The position numbers and the translations under genes were made by a program. The notes under the pieces are model-generated. The model was not told the DNA's origin. It searched no databases and saw only the letters and a program-made list of their open reading frames with translations. Shown here piece by piece: positions 38,960-49,282 of a stretch of 64,000 nt of DNA (position 1 is its first letter; each line of letters begins with the position of its first letter). The stretch comes from Bispira polyomma (taxonomy: Eukaryota): assembly GCA_965649765.1 (NCBI GenBank), contig OZ287754.1, positions 50,654,001 through 50,718,000 on the forward strand, given 5' to 3'.

Positions 38960-39946
38960 TCTAAAGAAGTGTGTTGAATCTATCTGTTTTGTTTTAAAAT
39001 TATTTCTTGTGATTTAGGTTTTGTTTGTTAATGGAAAGTTATTCATTCATATTATACATGTGCATGTTATTGTATTGCAATGGTAATAACACCACCTATA
39101 TTATAGAAGAATTTAGTACTCTAAGTCAAGTAACATGCTTTCAAAGAGATTAGTATAGATAAAATCAGTCAGATATAACTTACTGCCAAAGATTTTGCAG
39201 ATTATATGCTGTAGTGGTAGAGTGTTGTATTAATTTGTTGGTAGACAGTAGAAATAAATGATTGCCAAAATTATGTGTTTACTTGCAGCAAATATTATAA
39301 AAACTATTATTATTGAGCAGTTATATAGCTAGCAGTCTCTTTATATATCATCTTCTAAGGTAGTGAGTTTCTGAAAAGGATAGTCCCACAACATAGCATT
39401 GATTGTCGTCAGTAAGCAATGGCGTGTTCACATCTTGCTCAAAGATGGTATCCCTCAATTAAACTAGTAGTATTAGCATACGTCAAATTGGGAATCATCT
39501 AATCACTTAATCAAGAAAGTTTGAGACTTGGGGTATTCTGGAAATAATTAAAATGTTAACAATATATTATACACATATGCACCTTAACTTTCGATAAGTC
39601 TCTGCATTCTCTAAATGTGTATTTCTGTTGTGAAAATCATTGTTTTGTACAAAAAACTGATATCACAACCTACATAATTAAAAGCTTACCTAGGGTATTC
39701 TTATGTGCTGTGTACTTTCAATTTTGATATGTTCCTACATTCTCGGAATAGGCATATATGCTATCAAAAGATAAAACATTATCAACACATAATAAGTCAT
39801 TGTTTGGGATATAAAGATGACATTATAATTTACAGAATTTATTAATCTTAATCTATCAACAATGAGTCTCTTATGTTTGACAATCAATTTGGTACTCTAT
39901 ATTTATATATACATGGATTAATGTATGTACAGTGCAACTACAGTAA

Positions 39947-40118
39947 TCTGATCTAATCTAGTCGTACTTTTATAGGGCTTAATCTTCGTACAACTAATTC
40001 TAAAGCGCGATAAACCTAAGCATTAATTAAAAAATTGAAAATGGTGGAAGGATGGTGGTCATAACCAGGAAGACTACCTGAATGGTTGCGGTGGCTAAGA
40101 TGGAAAAGCCTGTTCAAG
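39947..40118 (-). mobile_element. Short 3' end of the same L2 family as 41077-43234, opposite orientation
   Basis: Reverse complement matches 43060-43237 (gaacaggcttttcca..ttagcc..gcaaccat...ctataaaagtacgactagattagat). Confidence 0.85.
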
Positions 40119-40725
40119 GTAAGCATTGTGTTTTTTACAATATTGGCTATGAGAGTCTATTTAATCTGATACTTCTCTTTGTTACAGAGGATTACAGTTG
40201 CAATATCATGTAGTAGTGTTATAACATTTATAATCCCCTTCCAACAGCTATTTAACTGTTGAAGGTAATTGTAATTAGACTTTTATTGCGCTTAATCTCC
40301 CCTTAACAAAGGGGACTCTAAGGCGCACCAGCACAAAAGACAGTTATCCAATTTCCAAAATCAAGGGAAGGTTAAGTTAGTTTCTAAATGTAAGTTAAAA
40401 AAAAGATACAAAGGCCAAACGAGGATCAATGAAATATAAAAATCACATTAAAAGATATTGTTTAATTTAACTAAGGTTAAACTAAATTATACACATGTGA
40501 ACGGATGTAAAACTTAACTAAGCTCTGGAGAAGAACGGGTTAGGGATACAAACACAGTAAAACACACACTTGACTAAAAGAATTCTATTCTTGTGAAAAC
40601 TCAACACTGAAGTAAAGCAGCTGCAGCAGGAGAGTGAAGCAAAAGATATACAAATCATTTCTCTTCAGAGACGTCTGGAAAACCTTGAGCAATACACTCG
40701 AATTGACAACGTTATAATATCTGGG

Positions 40726-43083
40726 TTGAAAACAGTCCGTAAGTCATATGCTCGAATCATATCTCCAAAAACTACAGACACTGAAAATCAGTCTTTACCT
40801 CAACAGGAAATAGATAACCTGGAATCTTGTGTTACCAACTTTAATTCCAGTAAAATGGGAATAACACTGAATGGAAATGAGATATCTGGGTGCCATACCC
40901 TTCCGGGTAAAAAGGAGGTACCAGACATTGTTGTTAGATTTGTGAACAGGAAAACAAAAATATCTTTGATGAAGAACACCAGGATACTGAGAGGATCCAA
41001 TGTATATTTTAATGAACATTTAACCAGGAAAAATGCCATGATAGCAAGAGAAGCCAGAAGACTACACAAAGAGAAGACATTGAAGAAGCCGGCACCTGAG
41101 TGGATCACCAGTAATTATCGTGAAATGAAGATGCTGCGCAGACAAGCCGAACGAACATGGCGCCGAAACAAAACTACTACAAATAGATCTAGACTACGCC
41201 AATGGATCACCCGGTGCAACAACACTATAAATGACTCAAAACGTGCCTACTATGCTCAGATGATATCACAAAGCGAGGGTGACCCGAAGAAACTTTGGCA
41301 AAAACTAAATAGCACCCTCCACCGTAAAAAACAGACTATACTACCAGAAAATTCCAATAGCAAATCACTGGCAAACATTTTTAGTACTTTTTTCACTGAT
41401 AAAATTACCAGAATCCGTGACGGTTTTACATTAGCTGCCCCAAATGCCCCTTTACCAACATCTCCACCAACCGTCTTCAACTGTTTCTCCACAGTAACTG
41501 TTGATGAAGTCAGGAAAATTATACTGGCATCACCCGTAAAATCTTGCTTGCTAGATCCGTGGCCCACATTCCTTGTTAAAGAATGTATTGACATTTTATT
41601 GCCCTCAATCACAAAACTTATCAACCTCTCGTTGATAAATGGCGTCTTTCCAGATGACTTTAAAAAGGCTATTGTCACTCCTCTAATAAAAAAACCTTCT
41701 CTTCCAAAGGCTGACTTGAAAAATTACCGTCCGGTCTCAGGCCTTTGCTACATCTCTAAGTTGGTAGAACGCGCGGTTGCCTTACAGATCAAACAACATG
41801 TTGACGTCGGCAATCTGTCCAATAAGTATCAGTCAGCGTACAAAAGTGGTCATTCTACTGAGACTGCACTTCTCTGCATCAAAAATGATGTTCATACATC
41901 TTTATCCAAAGGTATGCCTACTGCCTTAGTACTGCTGGATCTGTCAGCAGCCTTTGATACTATTGATCACAAAGTTCTTCTTGAATGCCTATCGTCCTGG
42001 TTCGGTATCAGCGGTATGGCGCTTAAGTGGTTCACGGCATATTTATCTGATAGATTCCAATCAGTCAAAATTGGCAATATCTTATCCGACCCAACATGGT
42101 TAAAATTTGGTGTTCCCCAAGGTTCCGTCCTGGGTCCCATTTTGTTTTCCATGTACACCACCCCACTCAGCAAGATTATTGCTGCATACAAAAACATAAA
42201 CTTTCACTTCTATGCTGATGATACCCAACTGTACATCCACCTTACACCTGACTCTGCCCAGGTAGCTTTCACTTCCTTACAGAACTGCCTTGTTGATGTA
42301 CAACACTGGATGGCAGCAAATAAACTCAAGCTGAACCCTGAGAAGACTGAGTTTATTTTGTTTGGCTCCAAGTCGCAACGGGAAAAATTGTCCAGCTGTT
42401 TTCCACTTGACATTCTTGGCAGCAGGTTTTTTCCAGCTGAAAAAGTACGAAACCTGGGCGTGGTGTTCGACTCTGAATTTTCCTTCTCGAACCATGTCGC
42501 ATCGGTGTGTAGATCATGTTTTGTTGGCCTCCGTGATTTCAGGCGGATTCGACGCTATCTTTCCAAATCCACTGCAGTCACTGTTGCCAATGCTTTGGTC
42601 AGCAGCAGGCTTGATTACTGCAACTCTCTGTTCCGTTCCTTATCTCGTAGTGATCTCAGACGCCTTCAGAATATCCAACACTCATTGGCACGTATTGTGA
42701 CCAAAACATCTAAATTTTCCCACATTACTCCTGTACTCAAGTCACTGCACTGGCTCCCAATAAAATATCGTGTTGCTTTCAAAACAGCAACAATAATATA
42801 TAAATTTCTAAATTCTGGATTACCCACTTATTTTAGCCCCCATTTATCCAAATATACATGCTCAGTCAGGACTAGGCGCAGTAACCCTGATAAATTATAC
42901 CTTAACATTCCCACCTTCGACCCTCGCATCCACAAATCCAAAGTTCAGTTCAATCACTGCCTAGCTCATGATGGCCCCCTCATTTGGAACAGCCTACCTG
43001 ATCATGTTCGCCTGGCTCAAACTTTCTCCTCTTTCAGGAGTAAGCTGAAGGCCTATCTTTTTGAACAGGCTTTTCCACCTTAG
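40726..43083 (+). CDS. Chimeric open frame: CR1-group ORF1 C-terminus fused in frame to the intact RT half of a 5'-truncated L2 ORF2
   Basis: Residues up to ..RLHKEK are ORF1-like; from TLKKPAPEWIT on it is L2 ORF2 with NYRPVS, QSAYK, LLDLSAAFDTIDH, GVPQGSVLGP, FYADDTQLY; no APE domain. Confidence 0.8.
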   Translation: MKTVRKSYARIISPKTTDTENQSLPQQEIDNLESCVTNFNSSKMGITLNGNEISGCHTLPGKKEVPDIVVRFVNRKTKISLMKNTRILRGSNVYFNEHLTRKNAMIAREARRLHKEKTLKKPAPEWITSNYREMKMLRRQAERTWRRNKTTTNRSRLRQWITRCNNTINDSKRAYYAQMISQSEGDPKKLWQKLNSTLHRKKQTILPENSNSKSLANIFSTFFTDKITRIRDGFTLAAPNAPLPTSPPTVFNCFSTVTVDEVRKIILASPVKSCLLDPWPTFLVKECIDILLPSITKLINLSLINGVFPDDFKKAIVTPLIKKPSLPKADLKNYRPVSGLCYISKLVERAVALQIKQHVDVGNLSNKYQSAYKSGHSTETALLCIKNDVHTSLSKGMPTALVLLDLSAAFDTIDHKVLLECLSSWFGISGMALKWFTAYLSDRFQSVKIGNILSDPTWLKFGVPQGSVLGPILFSMYTTPLSKIIAAYKNINFHFYADDTQLYIHLTPDSAQVAFTSLQNCLVDVQHWMAANKLKLNPEKTEFILFGSKSQREKLSSCFPLDILGSRFFPAEKVRNLGVVFDSEFSFSNHVASVCRSCFVGLRDFRRIRRYLSKSTAVTVANALVSSRLDYCNSLFRSLSRSDLRRLQNIQHSLARIVTKTSKFSHITPVLKSLHWLPIKYRVAFKTATIIYKFLNSGLPTYFSPHLSKYTCSVRTRRSNPDKLYLNIPTFDPRIHKSKVQFNHCLAHDGPLIWNSLPDHVRLAQTFSSFRSKLKAYLFEQAFPP

Positions 43084-43234
43084 CCGTCGCAACCATCTAC
43101 GGTAGTCTCCCTGGTTACGACTTCTATCCGCCCACTATTTTTGATTTGCGATTAACGTTTTGGGTTTGTTGCGCCTTAGAATTTGTTGTACAAAGATTAA
43201 GCGCTATAAAAGTACGACTAGATTAGATTAGATT
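41077..43234 (+). mobile_element. Young 5'-truncated L2-type LINE
   Basis: Uninterrupted RT; 3' stem region gcgcc..gcgc and (GATTA)n tail; AGAAG duplicated at 41072-41076 and 43235-43239. Confidence 0.9.
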
Positions 43235-43255
43235 AGAAGGCAATATCTTCCACTT

Positions 43256-43465
43256 TGCATAGCAAGTCAACTTCAGGTGACTGCTAGTTCAGTCCAAACC
43301 CCACTCTTATTAAAATGTTAGATCTACCTTATGCCCTAGCGAATGCATTGGCATAATCCTTCAATCTCTCTATCCAGCTGCTGACCACTCACAGGCCTGG
43401 TCAGCAGCTTCCCTCCATATTGAATTTATAATTTGACCTGCCAACAGGTCTAAGGAAAATTCCAA
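43256..43465 (+). repeat. Ngaro split direct repeat A1
   Basis: Near-identical to 48256-48467. Confidence 0.95.
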
Positions 43466-43559
43466 AAAAAATAATCAGATTTTACATGATTGTTCTGATT
43501 TATTTTTATTTTAGTATTTTAGTGTTGTTTTTATTAATACATGTTACACAGGGATCATT

Positions 43560-44834
43560 ATGGGGCGAACAAAAAAGACACCAGTGCAGAGTGAAAAGTT
43601 AAAGAAAACCACTAGAACAACGGCTTCCACGAAAGGGTCAAAGAGTGGGGCCGGCACTCATGTAACAAACATTGTAAACAGTTTACACAAACAAGCCACA
43701 CTTTCACATTCCGGCATCCCCATCACAGATTCTGTATTGCTTAATCCGACTGACGGATTTCCAGATCAACACGGTTACCAGTTCACCGCCTCTTCCCGTC
43801 CTTGTCTGAGTTCACAGTCCAGTGACAACCAAAACATGGGTGAGATGATGGCGATTTTGCGTGATCTCAAATAATCTAATGACAACATAACTAGGCGCCT
43901 TCAGCGTGTAGAAGAACAGCAAGGCAACGTCACGCCTGCTAGCTCCCCTACTCACATGATGAGGGATGGTACAGTCATACAGACTCAGGGGTCAGAGGGC
44001 TACTCACTCCCACCTCCCCCTCGCAGATACAACGGCATCGCTCAACCTCAGTGTGTACAACCGGTTCCCACGATGGCTCCTCCCATGGCAAGCAGAACTG
44101 ATCAAGGCTACAACAGAGAAGGTATTGTATCTAGCTTAGATGCCCTGCGCTCGTTCCCGAATGTACAAGCGGCTGTGAACAAGCAGCTAGCTGAGTACGA
44201 GGCTCTAGCCCAGAGAAACCTGACAAACGGTAAGCACTCTTTTAGACAAAAGTCGGGCAGATTCAACACAACGGACATTTCATTAGGTGACCCTACTCTA
44301 AGATGGCCCAATGATAGGTGGGGAGGGGGTTCAGCGAAACGTAGGCCGGCTTTCGACGACCTCACTTTGCCCCAATGGGCAGCTGGTCAGCTGGCCAACT
44401 CTCTATTAGTAAAAGACCACAACACCATGAGATTTATGATCAACCAAGTGTTACACGTGCTTCGGGATGCTGCTTCCCTCCCTTGGCCAGTTGTCAGGAC
44501 AGCCTGGGCCCTCAGTATGCAGGAGGTCAAGGAGGGCAGGCTGTCCTGGCAGGACAATACACAGTGGTCTTTAAACCGCATCAGTGCCTCTCACATGGCC
44601 ATGGTGAATGGTAAACATGGCAGCCAACATGGGAACAGTTCTTTGTCGGAAAACAAGTCGATATGTAAATTGTTCAATAACGGAAAATGTACATACAAGG
44701 CCGACCACGGCTCTTATCGGCATGTTTGTTGGTACTGTAGTAAAACCCTAGGTAAAGACTCTACACATCCAGAGTTTAAGTGCTTCAAGGCCAACCTGAA
44801 TAAACAACCAGACAAGCAGATGACCAACAACTAG
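43560..44834 (+). pseudogene. Ngaro ORF1 (Gag-like, C-terminal CCCH/CCHC-type fingers), one in-frame stop at 43872
   Basis: ORFs 43560-43874 and 43956-44834 share a frame; WP..FDDLTLPQWAAG..W..VR and ICKLFNNGKC..H..RHVCWYC..H..KC. Confidence 0.85.
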
Positions 44835-44924
44835 GACAATGGTTCACAACCAGTTAAATGCACAATATCAGAGAGTGGCAAGGGTAGTATTGTAGATAGC
44901 CACCAGTATTTCATAAGTAATGTA

Positions 44925-47102
44925 ATGACAGATTTGTATAACAGTAGTAGTGTATTACAGCCAATAGAGAGTGATAATACAATCTTAAATCACAGGAATA
45001 ATGTTACAAAAAGAGAGATTGACATTGTAGCTAAAAGTAAAACATCTAGTGTTGTAAGCAAAGCAAATGTAACTAATAATGAATTTGTATGTATGGATGT
45101 AGGCTATGATGATAGCCAAAATGACATTAATGTTATTCAACAATTTATTCAGTTGCAGGGTTCCTCTAATGTAAGTAAAAGTAAAAGTAAACCTGAATGG
45201 TACAAGACTAGTAATGGTCTTGGTTGTGATAAAATATACATGGCGAGTGAACCCGACTTGAACAAGACTAGTGATAGTCTGATTTGTGATAAAATATACA
45301 CACCGAGCGAACACTTCTCACAGATGTTATATAAGGATGAATTAGATTGCAATCAGCATAAGGAAGTAAGGGATTTTACTGTAAAAACTAAGCAGGTAGG
45401 ATTTTTGGCTCTGTCTTCCACTGACTTCAACTTTGTGGGGCCAGATAGATCCCCAGTGGCCATCAACACGGTAGAGGACATGCTGCAGGTAGCTAGTGTC
45501 ATTAGAGATACAGCTGTCCCTAATTACAAGCAGGCTAGGATCCCCCTTCTATCTGGTCTTAATATAGACGCCTGGGAAAGTACATTTAGGGATTATCCTG
45601 ATAAGCTGTTATGTCAATACATAAAGTTCGGCTTCCCCCTTTCTCTAACCGACCCTGATAAGTTACATAATAATACAGTGGTGAACCACTACTCTGCCCT
45701 CCAACACACTAAGAGTGTAGGGGAATATCTTGAGAAAGAACATAGTCATGGGGCTATGTTAGGTCCAGTGGAAGAGGTTAAGTCCTCTCTTTACCATTGC
45801 TCACCACTCCTCACCCGTCCTAAGGACACAAACAGTCGTAGAGTAATTTTGAATTTGTCACACCCTTATGGGCTTTCAGTCAACGAAAACGTTAACAAGA
45901 CATTATTTGACGGGGTAAGGTTTGTTCTCAAATTTCCTACCATTGATAACATAACGGATGCTATTCGTGGTACTGATGACGCAGTACTCTTCAAAATTGA
46001 CGTGGCCCACGCCTTTCGTAATCTGCGTGTCGATCCTGTGGATGCCCTTAAATTAGGCATTATTTTTAAGGATGGGAAATACATTGATCCAGCGGTTGCA
46101 TTTGGGTGAATCCATGGGAGCGCGGCCTTTCAACGTTGCTCTGACGCAATTGCGTCATTTATGCGTGAGCGTGGTTATAATATGTATTGTTACATCGACG
46201 ACTACATTTGCGTCTCCCCTAGGGCGGAAGCTCAGGGAGGTTTTGACATACTTGACCACCTCGGTTTACCTATGAATGCTAGCAAGAGAACACCTCCCAG
46301 CACGAGTATTACATGCCTGGGCATAGATATTGACGTCGTGGCCGGTACTATTAGCATCCAACAGAATAAGGTTGATGAAATTTTAGAATGCTGTTGTGAC
46401 ATATATGGCAGGCGTACCATTACTAGAAATAGGTTACAGTCGCTGCTGGGCAAGTTACTTTACGTGCACAAATGCGTCAAGCCAGCATGTACCTTCATTA
46501 ATAGGCTCTTGAACGCGTTTCGCAATAATGAAGACAGAAATAAATTCCTGGTTACACAGGAAATGCGTGATGACATAGCGTGGTTCAAAAAATTCTTACA
46601 AAAATTTAATGGCGTTACCTACATTGACCCTCCTATGATATCAGATATTGATGAATTACACTTAGACGTGTGTCTCACAGGCATGGGGGGCGTCTGGAAA
46701 GACGAGGTTTATGCCACCCCTTATTTCAACATTTACAATAGAAATTTATCAATTGTTCACCTCGAAATGCTTAACATCATTTTGGCACTTCGGGTTTGGG
46801 CAATTAAGTGGGCTCACAAGCGTATATAATTCCACTGCGACAACATGGCAGTAGTTCTGGTTGTGAAAACTAGAGATGATTTCTTAGCTTCATGTTTAAG
46901 GTCCATCTGGCTCATTGCTGCTACACATGACATAACTATAGACATACAACACATTCCTGGTAAATGTAATATTATTGCAGATGCCCTTTCCAGAATATAC
47001 TCAGCAAAGCCACCTACTGCAGACTTATTGTATAACCTATATAATTGTTACACATGGAACAAAGTTCCACTAGAATTTTTCAACCTGGAATTATCTGTAT
47101 AA
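44925..47102 (+). pseudogene. Ngaro RT-RNase H ORF; single frame with nonsense stops at 46107 and 46827
   Basis: LNIDAW, FGFPL, SPLLTRPK, RRVILNLS, FKIDVAHAFR, AFG*IHGS, CYIDDY, LGIDID, HLDVCLTGMGG, IVHLEMLN, HIPGKCNIIADALSR. Confidence 0.92.
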
Positions 47103-47108
47103 TTGCAG

Positions 47109-48082
47109 GTTCTTCCAGGGCTACCCACTCACTCATTCAAGCAGCATGCAGCAGAATCAACACAGCTTTACGCCCAAAGACAACTTCAGCATACAGCAAC
47201 CAATTTAAGACTTTCCTTGCTTTTATAAATGTGGCAGGACTACAAAAAATTAATGTCACTGCAGTTCTAACTTTCTTAGAGTTCTTATTACAAAATAACC
47301 TCTCTCCCTCAGTAGTGGCCAAATACCTGTCTTCACTGAAATACATAGCCAACAAACTCACCTGGGGCTTAGCACCCTTCACTCACAATTCCATAGCATT
47401 ATTTATGAGAAGCATTACTATTAACTCTACGTTCAGTCCAAGGCCCAAAGGCTTGTTTGATATAAATCAACTCACACAAATATCACACACCTGCCAAATT
47501 TTACAAGACCCTCAGTTATTCAGAGCCATCTTTCTTCTGGCTTTCTTCGAGTTCCTAAGATTATCAAATATTGCCCCACACTCCAAAGCATCGTTTGACG
47601 CCTCTAGGCACTTTCTTAGAACAGACATTATATTTGCTCCACCCAGAGCGCACCTCATTCTCAAATGGGTAAAGAACCTATAAAATAGGAAAGACACTCA
47701 CATAATTCAGATTCCTCAACTAAAAAATCCTTCTCTTTGCCCAGTCAGAGCTCTTCAGGAACTCATTTTATCCAGACCTCTTTCACCTCTGGCACCACTG
47801 TTCGTACAAATTACACCTCCGTTTCACCCTATAGTTGACACTCATGTTAGACTGGCATTACAGAGAGTTTTGAATCACCTGGGCATTCCATACCACTCAC
47901 ACGGGTTCCACACATTCAGAAGATCAGGCGCAACCTTTGCATTTAACAAGAATGTTTCCTTACAAAATATTATGTCACATGGCCTGTGGAGATCATCTGC
48001 TGTATGGACTTACCTACAGCAGACCTCTCAGGCTGCTTCGGTGGTACCCCTTACTTTTGCCGCTGCCATTCCCCCTCTCTAG
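47109..48082 (+). pseudogene. Ngaro tyrosine recombinase; nonsense stops at 47681 and shortly after
   Basis: ALRPKTTSAY, FLRLSNIAP (catalytic R), LCPVRAL, HTFRRSGAT, HGLWRSSAVWTY (H-x-x-R, H/W, Y). Confidence 0.92.
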
Positions 48083-48093
48083 TTGGGCTTGGC

Positions 48094-48467
48094 GCTTAAA
48101 ATTTACATTCAATTTTAACTCATTTTATTGTCAACATGTACATAAATATTAACCTGTAAAATAAATCCTCAATAGAAATCTTTTACTGTCTTCTACTCAT
48201 ATTACCTCCAACTTTACCATCTACCAACTTTATCCTGAACTTACTTTATGGACTGTGCATAGCAAGTCAACTTCAGGTGACTGCTAGTTCAGTCCAAATC
48301 CCCCCCTCTTATTAAAATATTAGATCTACCTTATGCCCTAGCGAATGCATTGGCATAATCCTTCAATCTCTCTATCCAGCTGCTGACCACTCACAGGCCT
48401 GGTCAGCAGCTTCCCTCCATATTGAATTTATAATTTGACCTGCCAACAGGTCTAAGGAAAATTCCAA
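48094..48467 (+). repeat. Ngaro internal junction B1 (48094-48255) + A2 (48256-48467)
   Basis: The element's right end is joined to its left end: ...ctttatggactg|tgcatagcaagt... Confidence 0.93.
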
Positions 48468-49114
48468 CCCCCCACCTCCCCTTTACCACAGCACATATGT
48501 AGATTTTGAGCTAAGGGTTTTCTAATTTTGAGTTTATGGCTATTACAGCCTATTTAACATTTTACTTTTTACAGGAACTATAGATCTAGTTGTTTTCTTC
48601 AGCTTGGTTCATGTTAAAAAATGTGCCAGTTGGCATATTTGTAGTACCAGAGTTATGTGGTGAGGGGCATCATAACTAGTATAGGGAGCACTCTTGTAGT
48701 ACATAGTGATGTAATCAGTCATGTGATGCTTGGTTAATTAGCTGATATTCGGCTTTATTGAATCAGCATTTATGGACGAGTTAAGCCCTGAAAGGCATTG
48801 TGTTGAACAGTTAAATATGGACGTTTATGTGCCATTTATGGCTGGGTTTTAAGAACTGTCATCAACTGGGAGTGATTTAAAATGTGTAACATGGTACTTA
48901 ATCTTAGTGAATGTAGTAACGTAATTCATTTAATCATACTTATGTTTATGTTTTAATTGTCTTTACACTCACATGATGTTGGGTGAATTATTTACTAACT
49001 TGAAAGTGAAGTATGACTATGGGGTCTGTACTGGGCTTTTAATTTGTTATATTATGGCTAGTCCTTGTTTGATTGCAGGATGTATTTCCCTGCTGTGTTA
49101 TTAGCCCGTATGGG

Positions 49115-49282
49115 GCTTAAAATTTTCATTTACATTCAATTTTAACTCATTTTATTGTCAACATGTACATAAATATTAACCTGTAAAATAAATCCTCAAT
49201 AGAAATCTTTTACTGTCTTCTACTCATATTTCCTCCAACTTTACCATCTACCAACTTTATCCTGAACTTACTTTATGGACTG
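49115..49282 (+). repeat. Ngaro split direct repeat B2
   Basis: Near-identical to B1, ending ...ttactttatggactg. Confidence 0.93.

Larger units (their letters stand above)
43256..49282 (+). mobile_element. Complete Ngaro-type (DIRS order) tyrosine-recombinase retrotransposon with split direct repeats A1-ORFs-B1-A2-spacer-B2
   Basis: A1 43256-43465 matches A2 48256-48467; B1 ~48094-48255 matches B2 ~49115-49282; Gag, RT/RNaseH and YR ORFs; no TSD, and the flanks rejoin into the host ORF1 frame. Confidence 0.95.

Noticed and set aside
43256-48467. LTR retrotransposon (A repeats as LTRs, starting exactly 5000 bp apart)
   Set aside because: It encodes YR rather than a DDE integrase, has no TSD and has the extra B repeats; the 5000-bp spacing is treated as coincidence.
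48468-49114. Hammerhead ribozyme in the Ngaro spacer
   Set aside because: No CUGANGA..GAAA core with flanking stems found by eye on either strand.
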